A stretch of 64,000 nucleotides of DNA from Andalucia godoyi And28 (Eukaryota; Protista; Jakobida): NCBI GenBank assembly GCA_009859145.1, contig VRVR01000002.1:256724-320723 (forward strand), read 5' to 3'. A program made the position numbers and the translations under genes. This document shows, in pieces, positions 1 through 10,236 of this stretch. Under the pieces are notes generated by a model. It was given only the letters and a program-made list of their open reading frames with translations. It ran no database searches and had not been told where the DNA came from. Within the stretch, counting starts at the first letter, position 1; each line of letters opens with the position of its first letter.

Positions 1-408
1 CGACGCAGCTTCGCCTCAAGACCGAACTTGAAGCCCGTTGCCATGTCGGTTTGGCACTCTCTCGCCGAGATGCCGCAACGCGGGCAGTATCCCCCTCTGT
101 ACCCGACTCCCTGCAGCCGCGGATGGTCGTCCCAATGCTCCTCCGCAAAGGCGGTGAGTGCAGGGACGGACTCGCAAGAAGTAGCAGTGATGCGGCCATC
201 CGGAAACGTAAATGCATTCAGCAAGAACGAATCCTTGAAATCGGGAAAGGGCAGGTCATTCTCCAACACAAAGGCGAGGTAGTGGTTTAGCAGGAGTGCG
301 CCGCGCCACGTGATGAACGACAAATCGCTCACCCAACTCAGGAGGGCAATCGTGCAGATCGGGATGGCGCAGCCGCTCTCGGAGCGCAGCTTTCACCACC
401 TGCACCAT
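1..408 (-). pseudogene. 5' fragment of a frameshifted Fanzor1-like gene (copy 1)
   Basis: ATG at 408 (MVQVVKAALRERLRHPDLHD). Carries the same extra T (gatTgcc) frameshift as the copy at 24311-24312. Confidence 0.8.
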
Positions 409-734
409 CGGGTTCCGAAAACGTGCAAGTATGAAACCGACGGAACAGACAAACCGACAACGTGTGGCGAAGTGTGAGGAGGATGTGGTGCCAAATAAAA
501 ACGGTGAAACATCAAAATACGAACGCAGCAGTGTTTTATGCAATATTTTATTTGACACAACGAAGTCCAAGGTGAAACGGGAGAAAGGGAATGGGTTCAA
601 CAAACAAAATCCAAGCGACGAGAGACAGCGGATAACAGGCAAAAGGGAAAAGGAAACGAGAGAAACGGAAACGGGAAAAAGAAGGACGGTTTGAGGATTT
701 GCTGGAATTTCTGAATTGAATTTTACAGAAGCGC
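1..734 (-). mobile_element. Partial second copy (left end and 5' part) of the Fanzor-carrying non-autonomous element, truncated by the window start
   Basis: Reverse complement of 23926-24659 (coordinates sum to 24660 at both ends). Base-by-base comparison shows 92-697 identical. There are 5 mismatches in 698-727 and clustered compensating indels/substitutions within 1-91. Confidence 0.95.
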
Positions 735-839
735 CCTTACTCTTCTTGTTTCTCTTCTGTTTCCGTTTCCGTGTTTTTTACTGGAACAAGAACAGTCATT
801 GGAAAAATTTAAAAGTGAGCGCTTCATATACAGAGAAGG

Positions 840-2450
840 ATGGCGGAGGAACTGTCAAAAGATGCAGCGAGTCTTGTGGAATCCTACATTTCATCATTCA
901 AGTCTGGGCATTCTCCTTCGAAAAAAGCTGATGAACTGATGAATGCGCTTGTGTCCGAGCTTCGATCATCCACTTTGATGTTCACAACATCAAATAAGGG
1001 ATCTTCCACGCCGAGGAAAGGGAGCACGGGGTACAATTCTCCACGAAATAGCCAGAAAACAAAAATCACAGAACCGCGAGTCTCCGTAACGTCATCGACC
1101 ACAAATGACTTTCCTGTGCATTTTGCCGAGGGAGAATTGTTCGTGAACGATCTTTCTGGAACGACGAAATCAGAAATAGTCCCTGAAATCCAAAGTCTTG
1201 CTGCGTCCTCGCTGATGTTTCCCGGGGTTCTTTCCGCAGTTGCACTGTCGTCATCATCCAGCATGAGCAATCGAGCAACAACGACGGCTGCAAGCAACAT
1301 TCCAGATGTTCCTTTTGAAAGTTCGCGATTGTCGCAAACTCGATCCCGAGCAGGAACTGCCAAGCAAATGTCGTGGACGGCTTCGAACTACCACGTCACA
1401 CCTCCGGTGTCTCCTTCCTTGGTAAAGGAAGCGCGGAAAATGGAAGAGTACAATCCATTGGAGGAGGGAATTGAAGAAGAGACGGTCAAGCCGTCCATCA
1501 TGGATTCGCCGGATAAACAAACTGGAAAGCCAATTGATCCGATGGAAAGGAATCTGTTGGGAGAAATTGAGCTGTTCCGAAGGTCTCTCAAGATGCAGGC
1601 TGCCCAAAATCCGTTTCATAACGCGGCAACTGTCGATGCGCAGGTGTCGTTTGTGAAGGCTTTAGAAGGAGGAAAGGTGCATGGCCGTGTAGACCCTGAA
1701 GTTCGTGCATCCCTGGACTACACACTGGATCAGTCCATGAGAATGGCCAGAGCGGCCTCTGGATACAGGCACTCGCAGCACGAGTCGCTAGCATTAGTGG
1801 AGAAGACGAGACCCACACGTTCTGCCACTGCAGCGAAGCGAGCAACTTCCACCTCCACCTCCACCTCTCCAGATCCTGCTCCATCTCCACCGGTGAAATC
1901 ATCTTCAGAATCGTTTAGTATTGATTTGCTAAAACGTCTCGGGAGCAAAGAGTCGATTTCGCAGGACGACAGAAAAGCGCTGCGTGACGAGTTCATGAAG
2001 AGCATGAACCAGATGCGGAGATCTGCACCATCAAGACCATCAGATGGTGCAGCACAAGCTCTTCACTCGGCTCCTGTTCGGCCCCCAGAACCGATTGTTC
2101 CGCTGTCTCAAACGATGCGGAGATTGCATGAAATAGATAACCCATCGACCATGGGGCCGCAGAGCGACGAAGCAGCAGAGCTGAGTCCAGAAGACCAAAA
2201 GAAGATCCTGTTGCTGCGATCTTACGAATCCCTGCTGGATGCCCTCAGGAAAGAGGAAGAGCGAATGAAGTACATCAAGAGGTTGGAAGAACAGGAAATC
2301 GAAAGGCCGCCGATCGACACTTGGTATACAATGAAGAGCACTCGCTTTGGATACGAGCTGTCCAAGCTGAACAAGCACGATCGCAGAGTCGGCGTCAAGC
2401 CTGCGTCCCCACCAGAAGCAGCGAAGCCAAAGAGACCCAAAGCGAAGTAA
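840..2450 (+). CDS. Hypothetical 536-aa Ser/Pro-rich protein with a C-terminal coiled coil and a PPIDTWYTMKS motif
   Basis: Long ATG-initiated ORF with protein-like low-complexity composition. No family recognised. Confidence 0.8.
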   Translation: MAEELSKDAASLVESYISSFKSGHSPSKKADELMNALVSELRSSTLMFTTSNKGSSTPRKGSTGYNSPRNSQKTKITEPRVSVTSSTTNDFPVHFAEGELFVNDLSGTTKSEIVPEIQSLAASSLMFPGVLSAVALSSSSSMSNRATTTAASNIPDVPFESSRLSQTRSRAGTAKQMSWTASNYHVTPPVSPSLVKEARKMEEYNPLEEGIEEETVKPSIMDSPDKQTGKPIDPMERNLLGEIELFRRSLKMQAAQNPFHNAATVDAQVSFVKALEGGKVHGRVDPEVRASLDYTLDQSMRMARAASGYRHSQHESLALVEKTRPTRSATAAKRATSTSTSTSPDPAPSPPVKSSSESFSIDLLKRLGSKESISQDDRKALRDEFMKSMNQMRRSAPSRPSDGAAQALHSAPVRPPEPIVPLSQTMRRLHEIDNPSTMGPQSDEAAELSPEDQKKILLLRSYESLLDALRKEEERMKYIKRLEEQEIERPPIDTWYTMKSTRFGYELSKLNKHDRRVGVKPASPPEAAKPKRPKAK

Positions 2451-2544
2451 GGTTATTCAGCGGTCTCTGCTGTTCCCGGTGTCGGTTGTGAGACCAAACA
2501 GACGATTTGTGTACATAAACAGAGGCGATAGAAGGTAAAGCAGT

Positions 2545-3033
2545 TCATGGAGGGTTCAGAATTCTGCTTAGGTTCTCGAGGTTGAGCTCCAGCCCAGTGC
2601 AGCAACATACTGTGGAAAACCACAAGAACATTGCATGTGTGCCGGCCAGCTCCTGAGTGAATTTCAGCAGAGCCGGTGTTTGGCAAGGATGGACATAAAA
2701 CCATGGCCGACAGTCGTCGGGATGAATGCCTTCGGACACCATCAGATCGCTGGCGTTCGTAGCAGTGCCAAATCCGAGTTCAAAGTACTGTTGCAATCGC
2801 AAACGATTTCCATCAACATCGTAAAATCGAAAATACAAAACTGGACATTCGAATATCATAGAGTACGTAACATCCGCCTCTGCCGTCCAATTTCCGTCGT
2901 CCAGTTCATACGCAATGCGCAGCGTCGAATTTTCCACGTTGCATGACAGAAGCGATCGTTTTGAAGCGCCACGAATTATAGTCTGTAATTTCTGCAACCC
3001 GGATTGATATTCTGCAAGCTTCATAATCGTCAC
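2545..3033 (-). CDS. ATG10: Autophagy E2-like conjugating enzyme Atg10
   Basis: YSMIFECPVLYFRF, IHP..RPWFYVHPCQT (catalytic HPC) and C-terminal WFSTV..GL match the Atg10/Atg3 catalytic-domain pattern. The short length fits Atg10. Confidence 0.85.
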   Translation of the reverse strand: MTIMKLAEYQSGLQKLQTIIRGASKRSLLSCNVENSTLRIAYELDDGNWTAEADVTYSMIFECPVLYFRFYDVDGNRLRLQQYFELGFGTATNASDLMVSEGIHPDDCRPWFYVHPCQTPALLKFTQELAGTHAMFLWFSTVCCCTGLELNLENLSRILNPP

Positions 3034-3035
3034 TA

Positions 3036-3081
3036 AGAGAGAGAGACTGAGACTGAGACTGAGACTGAAACAGAGATTGCA

Positions 3082-3116
<35 letters not shown>
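3036..3116. repeat. Compound microsatellite: (GA)n, (GAGACT)n, (GT)n, immediately upstream of ATG10
   Basis: Read directly from the sequence. Confidence 0.95.
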
Positions 3117-3118
<2 letters not shown>

Positions 3119-3711
3119 CAACAACGTCTGGAATTGAGGGCTTTGGATTGTTGGCAGATGGCAATTGGCGTTTGGGTATGAGAAAATTCAAAAGCGCAAT
3201 CGGAGTTTTTTTCTGTGCGGGAAATTGCCTTAAAGAGCGCTTAAAAGACCAAAAGGGGAGGAATTCAGTTTCCCAAAAATCAAATCGAGATGCTCCACGA
3301 TACGTCTGAAAATTGGCGTCCACATCGAAGAAGGAACGTCAAAGACGGTCTTCTGCAAACGACCGAAGTTCTATCTCGAATTCTCGATCTGGCAACCATA
3401 AGCCTAAGGCGGGCCCTGTACGCGCCCAATGACAGCAGCTCCGAGGAGCTGTTGCACGGCGAACTCGACGTTCTTGTGGTGTATGAAGTCAGTTGAATGA
3501 GGACGAGCATTCAACAAGATTCATCTGTGTGGATGCTTATAGTCCATGATGGCTCTTTGTGCGGCGTGATCTCAAAGTTCTTTTTTTCACTTCAAACAAC
3601 AACAGAAAGAGACAGGAAAGGAAAAGAAAAGAATATAAACACTGCAAGAAGAGTAATTTGAGCACGTACCTCCAAGAGTCGTTTTCAGCAAAGTTTACCA
3701 TCGAAACAGAA

Positions 3712-6700
3712 ATGATGCGCCTTTCTGCGCTTCGTCGCATTGGAAATACGGAGCTTGCGGATGCGCCGATTCTCCGTTTCAGCGCCGATTTGGAGGACGA
3801 CACATCCAATTCGACACGATCTTCTGCTTCTCATTTTATCTTATGCTTGGATAAGTCTGGCTCGATGCAGGCTGAAGTATCGCAAGTGAACTCTGCGATT
3901 TCGTATATTCGAACTCGTTTGGACGAACTTGGGAAAGTGGATGCAGGAGATCTTCCGACGATTGTCACGTTTGACAGCACTGCCAAAGTCGATCCTGGAG
4001 CCTGGACCGTGCCTATCACGGCTTCAGGAGGAACTGACTTCGGCCAGGTCTTCGACACAATCTCTCGTGTTGTAACCGACATCAGTCAGAGGAACCAGTT
4101 CATCACGGAGTTTGTCATCCTGTTCATGACAGACGGTCAGCATCAGGGATGCTCGGACAAGGATCTGCAGACCAAGGCAAAACGCTTGCAGATTTTCATG
4201 CAGCAGTTGAAGAAGGTTCGAGGAATTTCCACGCGCATTGATGCCCTTGCTTTCGGAAAGTCGGCCGACATCAAGGCGCTCAAGGTGTACACTGGATATG
4301 GCTCGGAACCTGGAATCCTCCAATTTGCGGATCGTGCCACGGCGTCGACCGCTGATCAACCGCACATCGATGCCGCGCTCGAAGACAAGCTATCGATGCT
4401 TTTCGAAGCCTTTTCTCTTTCCAGGAATGCTTGGATCGAGAGCTTTTCGCTGATGCGTGGCAACCGACTTATTCTGGAGGAGGACGTGGGAGACGTGGTT
4501 TCAGCAACTTTTGACGAGCAGGAGCGTTTGTGGGTTTTGAAGGGCGAGATTGCTGCAGGAGGGGCTCGAAGGATGCTTCTTGGGTTTTTGGATGGAGCGA
4601 ATCAGCTTGGTGACGGAGACTTGCTTACCTGCACAATTCGCACGTCACTTGGCTCCTCCGGTGCGGTGACTTCCCATGCACAGTCGGGGGCCGTCGAGCA
4701 CGCTGTTGTTTTGCCAGTCGTTCTTCTTCACTTGGAAAAGGATGGTCTACAATCGGATCGCGTTCTTGAGGATGCACTCTGGTACTTGGACGAATACCCT
4801 TGTTTTTCAACCGAGTCCGTCTTGTACGCACAAAAGCTACTGGACCAGATTCCTGTTCTTGGATGCAACATGGTGAATGGAAAGCGCGTAGCGGTACGCA
4901 ACGTGGATCGTCGTAGGTCGTTGCTGGAAATTCGTCGAAGCATCCAAGAGAAGCTGAATGACGTCCATCGAGATTTGGCATCGATCGCCAAAGAAATCGA
5001 CCGCTCAGCTGCGTCTTTCCGACAGCGAGATCTGGAAGCAGCCGCGCAACACAAACTTCATCGATTCTCAAAAGGCCGTCGTGAACGCTTGCATAACAAG
5101 CGTGTCGCCCGCAATGCATCACAGATCCAGGAAATCGAGCAGCGCGTTTTGGAGTTACCGTTGATGGATCCGCGAACCTTGGTGTTTCCGGACCATCCTG
5201 AGCTTGACGATCTTTGCTGCGCGGTGTCGCTTTCTACGTTCCGCGAGGTTCTGACATCCACCGACCCACACGACCGACTGAATGTATTTGGCTTTGGATT
5301 GAACATCACTGTTCCCGAGCACGCCATTGAATCTGGACAGATTGTAGTCAATGCAGTATCTCCGACAATCTTGTCTTTCCAGACGTTCATGCAGGCCTTG
5401 ACGTACAAGATCAAGATCGACGGCGTTGTTGCAGGCCATGGCGGCTTCATCTCGGCCGACTCAGCAGAGTCGTTGGTTCCGAATCCGACTTCCGAGGTTG
5501 GTTTTCGCGGTGGTGGTGTGCATGTTAATGCGTGGCTTCCATTATACGTCAACGACACACATTTGGCGAGGGTCTTGGGACTTCTTCCTCTCATCCTTGG
5601 ACAGTTCTTCACCCTTGATCAGTATGGGTATGATCGAAACCAAGTCTCTTCTTTGCTCTCCGTGCTGGGTGTTTTGAAGCTTATTCAAAATTCCGAGAAG
5701 GCCGCATTTTTTGCATCGGAGCTGCAAAAGATTTGCACGAAATTGCTGCCCAGGATCCGAGAACTGCACGAGCAGGACATTAACCGCGCTTCACTGGGCC
5801 TGGGAACATTTTTTGACGATCCTCTGGCTCGTTTGCCCCAGTGGACATCGCAGATGGCATGGATCGTTGGATTTGTGCAGTGCGCGAAGATTGACATGCG
5901 TGGCGACTCTTCGTTTGGATTTCGGATTGTGGAAGAAATCGCCCGCCGATGGGTGCGCGAGAAGTTTCGAATGAATCCACATCAGACGACGGATGTGATT
6001 CGAAAGCTCTTGTATCCATCCGTCACCCTCAAGGACCTTGACGCTCTCAACAAGGAAACTGAGGCCCTCGAGGTGTCGTCGATGCACGAGTCGCAGTCCC
6101 AAGTGCTTCACTCCCAGTCGTCGGAAGCCGAAATGTGGCAGCTGCTGTTTCACAACAAATGGTTTACGGAGGAATCCATGCCAGAGGAACCCTTCATCGG
6201 CACTCCTCCGAGAGCATCCTCGTTGCCGGATCCCCGGACTGTAGGAGCATCGCCTTCTGTCATGAAGACGGTGGACTATTGGACGGATGTGTTCAAGGAC
6301 TACCTGTGCAAGGTTCCTCTGTATGCCAAGATGGTCCGGTTCATCGAAGATGCATCCGAAGGTGGATTCTGCTTGGACGACATTCCATACGAACTCTGGC
6401 GTGCAATGTGGGTTCAGGCGTTTCGCTTCCACGACTCTCATAATGCCACGCGTGCATCATATTTCGACACTTGGGACTCTCCTGAAAACGCGCTTATCCG
6501 TGCGCACAAATACTTTTCCGATCAAGAAGACGCCAACTGGAGTAAGACAGTTGCTACGTTCCAGAATCGAGCCATCGCAATGCGCATCGCCCTGTCCCAA
6601 ACACTGGAGGAGTTTCTGGTGCGGTTTTGGAACAGTCAGAATACGAGCAACCCCAGCAGAGGCGGCCCCGTGTTTGATGAACTCCGTGACATTTTGCTGA

Positions 6701-7095
6701 ACTCGTCTGTTGATGTCCCAATTCGATACGACAAGGTTGCCGTCGTTGTCACCGGGCGTATTGCCGACCCGCTCCGCGCGGACGCGTACGGTTTGCCAGT
6801 CCTGGCCTCTGGGTTCTCTTGGATCATGAACGAGACTCTGCGGATTGCCATCCGAGCGGTTCTTACAGCAGAAGAGCAGGATGCTCTGCGAACCCAAGTG
6901 AGACACTTTGCCAGCGAATACGAATCGTCTTGTCACAGATACCGTGAAAGCGGAATCCTGACACGCCACTTGTCCTCGAATGCACATCCCCATCGACACG
7001 ACCGTACGCAGTCTGAAGTCGTTTCTCTTGCTCGTCTCTATGTCGACCAGCACGGTACCAATCCATTGAAATACCGCCATCTTCTTGCTCCGTAG
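3712..7095 (+). CDS. Large von Willebrand factor A (VWA) domain protein
   Basis: MIDAS elements FILCLDKSGSM (DxSxS), ASGGTDF and ILFMTDGQ. First in-frame ATG is 3712; the ORF track starts at a GTG. Confidence 0.85.
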   Translation: MMRLSALRRIGNTELADAPILRFSADLEDDTSNSTRSSASHFILCLDKSGSMQAEVSQVNSAISYIRTRLDELGKVDAGDLPTIVTFDSTAKVDPGAWTVPITASGGTDFGQVFDTISRVVTDISQRNQFITEFVILFMTDGQHQGCSDKDLQTKAKRLQIFMQQLKKVRGISTRIDALAFGKSADIKALKVYTGYGSEPGILQFADRATASTADQPHIDAALEDKLSMLFEAFSLSRNAWIESFSLMRGNRLILEEDVGDVVSATFDEQERLWVLKGEIAAGGARRMLLGFLDGANQLGDGDLLTCTIRTSLGSSGAVTSHAQSGAVEHAVVLPVVLLHLEKDGLQSDRVLEDALWYLDEYPCFSTESVLYAQKLLDQIPVLGCNMVNGKRVAVRNVDRRRSLLEIRRSIQEKLNDVHRDLASIAKEIDRSAASFRQRDLEAAAQHKLHRFSKGRRERLHNKRVARNASQIQEIEQRVLELPLMDPRTLVFPDHPELDDLCCAVSLSTFREVLTSTDPHDRLNVFGFGLNITVPEHAIESGQIVVNAVSPTILSFQTFMQALTYKIKIDGVVAGHGGFISADSAESLVPNPTSEVGFRGGGVHVNAWLPLYVNDTHLARVLGLLPLILGQFFTLDQYGYDRNQVSSLLSVLGVLKLIQNSEKAAFFASELQKICTKLLPRIRELHEQDINRASLGLGTFFDDPLARLPQWTSQMAWIVGFVQCAKIDMRGDSSFGFRIVEEIARRWVREKFRMNPHQTTDVIRKLLYPSVTLKDLDALNKETEALEVSSMHESQSQVLHSQSSEAEMWQLLFHNKWFTEESMPEEPFIGTPPRASSLPDPRTVGASPSVMKTVDYWTDVFKDYLCKVPLYAKMVRFIEDASEGGFCLDDIPYELWRAMWVQAFRFHDSHNATRASYFDTWDSPENALIRAHKYFSDQEDANWSKTVATFQNRAIAMRIALSQTLEEFLVRFWNSQNTSNPSRGGPVFDELRDILLNSSVDVPIRYDKVAVVVTGRIADPLRADAYGLPVLASGFSWIMNETLRIAIRAVLTAEEQDALRTQVRHFASEYESSCHRYRESGILTRHLSSNAHPHRHDRTQSEVVSLARLYVDQHGTNPLKYRHLLAP

Positions 7096-7345
7096 GTCGC
7101 TCAGTTGTGAAAATCGCCATCTAATCTGTACGACGAGTGCAATACTTTCTTTTCGTGTTTTTCTTTTTTTGTTGTTGTTTTTTTGTGATTTGAAAACAAG
7201 AATGGTTTCCATTGTAACTAAGAATTAATAAACCATAATCGGCTTATTAATTATGCATTTCTTTGCGACGGCGAATGCCGCGGATTTTGCTCCGATGCAT
7301 GCAAAGCCCAGGGACGAAGAAAAAGGGAGACCCCCCATGGACATA

Positions 7346-7384
7346 TGTGTGTGTGCCTATGTGTGCGTGTGTGTGTGTGTGTGT
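7346..7384. repeat. Interrupted (TG)n microsatellite
   Basis: Read directly from the sequence. Confidence 0.9.
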
Positions 7385-8739
7385 AGCGTTTCGAAACCCG
7401 GTCGGGCAACGCAACGATCAGCGTAGCTCCGGGAAGAGACACCACCCGGCAAGCCATTTTCGCGACACCGAAGGAGCTGCCGTTGTCGTGCGATCTTCCC
7501 GCAATCTCCAGCCGGTGAGAGCGTTGTATAGTGGCTTTGCAACTTGTCTGAATATTCATGGAAAAATTACCCATCGGGTTGTGCTGGATGCTTGGACTTC
7601 AACCCCGTTTGCCAGAGTGGCGGGCAGAAATCGTTGTTGATTCGTGACAGTTGCGAAAGTTCTGCTCCCAAGATTTCAGCAACGGCGTTTGCAAAGGATC
7701 CGCATCACAAACGGCTGCTTGTTTGTCGCTTCGTGAAAATGTACGTGATCTGCTCCGACGGCTGTCACAACTTCTGGAAGCAACCCGACGCATTCCATGT
7801 TCCTTCTGTCCATTCCCCTCTTCTACCTGTTGAATTCAGTTGCCTTTACCGAAAGTAGCGACAATGTCGTAGCGCACGCCGAAAGCTTGCATTCCGATGG
7901 CTGCTGACATCGCGATTCTGCCCATGCATCAGGCAAACCGACATTGCGGGGGTGGGCAAGAAAACCAGCTCCGACTACAAAAAGAAAACCACGCCTGGTT
8001 GCATCTGCACGCGAATACCCCACAGAACCCATTGCACGCAGTCGCAGTCGTCGTCTTGGCGGACCGTGGACGAAACGAAAAGTGAAACACTGCCGCAAAA
8101 GAAAGTGCACCTGTGCAGGCAATAGCACAAGGAAGAATGGCGGCTGCGTTGTGGAAGACCGACAGCTTCCGAGTTCCCCGACCCCTTGGAAAAATCGGTA
8201 TGCGGATGCCGCCCGCCACCTCCCCTTTTATTATAATTTTTTTTTCCCCAAAGTGATGGACAACAGCTCCTTCATTCCCAGGCTGTCGGATAGTAGAAGC
8301 ACGCAGCGGCGGGGCAACCGCCCCGGATTTGCCCGTCTCCTGCTGCGGCTACACCGAAGACAGGTGTCATGCGGCAGAGCTTCGCTTTCGGCACATTTTT
8401 GTCGAATGTTCTGCTAACACATCACATCGGTTCGCAGGAATGCCTGGGCAGAAGCAACATGTTCCTCGTGCAACCATCATGCCCGCGGAGGTGCCTCTTG
8501 CGACGGATCCTAAGCAATTTTGTTTTTGCCCACCACACACAGGAAAGCTGCCACCCTCTCTGTTTTTGGCCGCCAAAACCTGACAGTCTTTCTTTCTTTT
8601 TGGCTCCAAAAAAAAGAGGTCTACCTTTTCTCTTTTCTCTCTTCTCGTTCTTTCCTTTCCTTTCCTTTCCTTCCAAGTTGGCAATTATTCCTGCAACCAC
8701 CCGCTAAAACCTTTCTGGCTTCCCAAAGCGGAGACATCT

Positions 8740-9543
8740 ATGAGCATCCATCACAGTGGTATGCCTATTGTTTGGAAGTTCGACTGTGCAACTACAACTA
8801 CAACTACTACTACTACTGCTGCTGCTGCTGCAACTACAAGTACATTGGACTCTCCTGCCGCTCACTTCACAATGTCTCGCTCGGGACTTTCTCCTGCCAA
8901 ACGATCATCGTTCAGCTACAAAGGAGACGACGCCACAACAAACCGCTCCAGCAGCAACATCCGGCAGCTGCTGGAGAGCATCGATCCTGGTGACATGCAG
9001 GACGATGCAAATGTTTCCGACGCATCTGAACCCCCATTATCAGCTGGCGCTGCAGACGATAGCTCGTCGGCTATTTCCTTCTCGCAGAACAAGTACAGCA
9101 CTAGCTCCAAAACCGCACGCGTGCACCACCCGTGGACTTCTGAAGAAGAGATTATGTTCCAACGGGCAGTGCAGGAATTTGGGTGGGGTAACTGGAAGAA
9201 AGTATCCGACGTCATCGGGTCCAAAACGGCTCTTCAGGTGAAGAATCATTCTCGATCCTACTCGAAGTTTCTCATGAAACAAGGAGTGGATCTGCCACGA
9301 CGATCCGGGTCCGACGTTGCATTCGGTTCTCGCTCTGCCCGAGGATCGCTTTCCATGTCCATGGAAGAGATTGATTTTGAGCCCCGTCGAAAGTCGGAAG
9401 GTTCCGTTGCGAACTCCATCTGCATCGTACCACGAAGCAGTCAAAATGCTGAGATGGGCAGTGGGTGTGTGCTCCTGCCACTTAATTTGAAGCTGGATGT
9501 CAATGCTGTCTGGAAAATGCTTCATAACTCGCAAACCCAGTAA
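8740..9543 (+). CDS. Single Myb/SANT-domain protein (SHAQKY-class-like)
   Basis: PWTSEEEIMFQRAVQEFGWGNWKKVSDVIGSKTALQVKNHSRSY is a Myb helix-turn-helix. N-terminal poly-Thr/poly-Ala. Confidence 0.9.
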   Translation: MSIHHSGMPIVWKFDCATTTTTTTTTAAAAATTSTLDSPAAHFTMSRSGLSPAKRSSFSYKGDDATTNRSSSNIRQLLESIDPGDMQDDANVSDASEPPLSAGAADDSSSAISFSQNKYSTSSKTARVHHPWTSEEEIMFQRAVQEFGWGNWKKVSDVIGSKTALQVKNHSRSYSKFLMKQGVDLPRRSGSDVAFGSRSARGSLSMSMEEIDFEPRRKSEGSVANSICIVPRSSQNAEMGSGCVLLPLNLKLDVNAVWKMLHNSQTQ

Positions 9544-9554
9544 CGGCAGTCGCA

Positions 9555-9577
9555 GAGACAGAGCGAGAGAGAGACAG

Positions 9578-9613
<36 letters not shown>
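9555..9613. repeat. (GA)n-rich microsatellite just downstream of the Myb stop codon
   Basis: Read directly from the sequence. Confidence 0.9.
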
Positions 9614-9617
<4 letters not shown>

Positions 9618-10236
9618 TTTGTTGGAAAATCAGCGTCTGAATTTTGAATTGGAGGGTGGGAAGAGAATGTTTTTATTTTTGTGGTTGTCATGATGATCAA
9701 GAGAAAGGATGTTTACAAGTCTGGAATTATGTGACTGTGGTGTATACGAATATTGGTGATGTGCAATTTTCATATCGTGGATGTATGTTTGTCGTTGTCT
9801 GGTTGTGGTCATATTCATGGGTATGGTCGACATGATTGTCGTTGGTTGTGTGAATGTGGTTGTGTGAATGTGAATGCGATTGTGCAGGTCGCTGCAGAAA
9901 AGCGTGTATTTAGGACTTTTTTTAATGCGATGTTCGTTAATGAATTCAACTCTTACATTTCATCCGATTCTCGTTCCTTTTTTCCTCTTCCTCTGTTTTT
10001 TTTAATTTTTTTTTTTGCGAGCTGCTCGCGAACGCATGCAGAGCCGCAAAACTTCCCAGGAGGGAGCGAAAAAGGAGTTACGTCAACGGACGTAGTCGAA
10101 GACCGCACATTCTGTTCCTGTCCAAAACGGCCGCAAGTCGGACTGTTTGAGAGCAGTGCGCTGCGCGCGTTCTTCCGTGTATTCATCGTCGTGACTTAAC
10201 GGACCCTCCCAGCGGTGAATCGAAGAGGCACCAAAT

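Noticed and set aside
7944-8100. ORF segment ARKPAPTTKRKPR...REYPTE faintly resembling a histone H3 tail
   Set aside because: No histone-fold residues follow, the start is not ATG, and the similarity is within what a K/R-rich sequence gives by chance.
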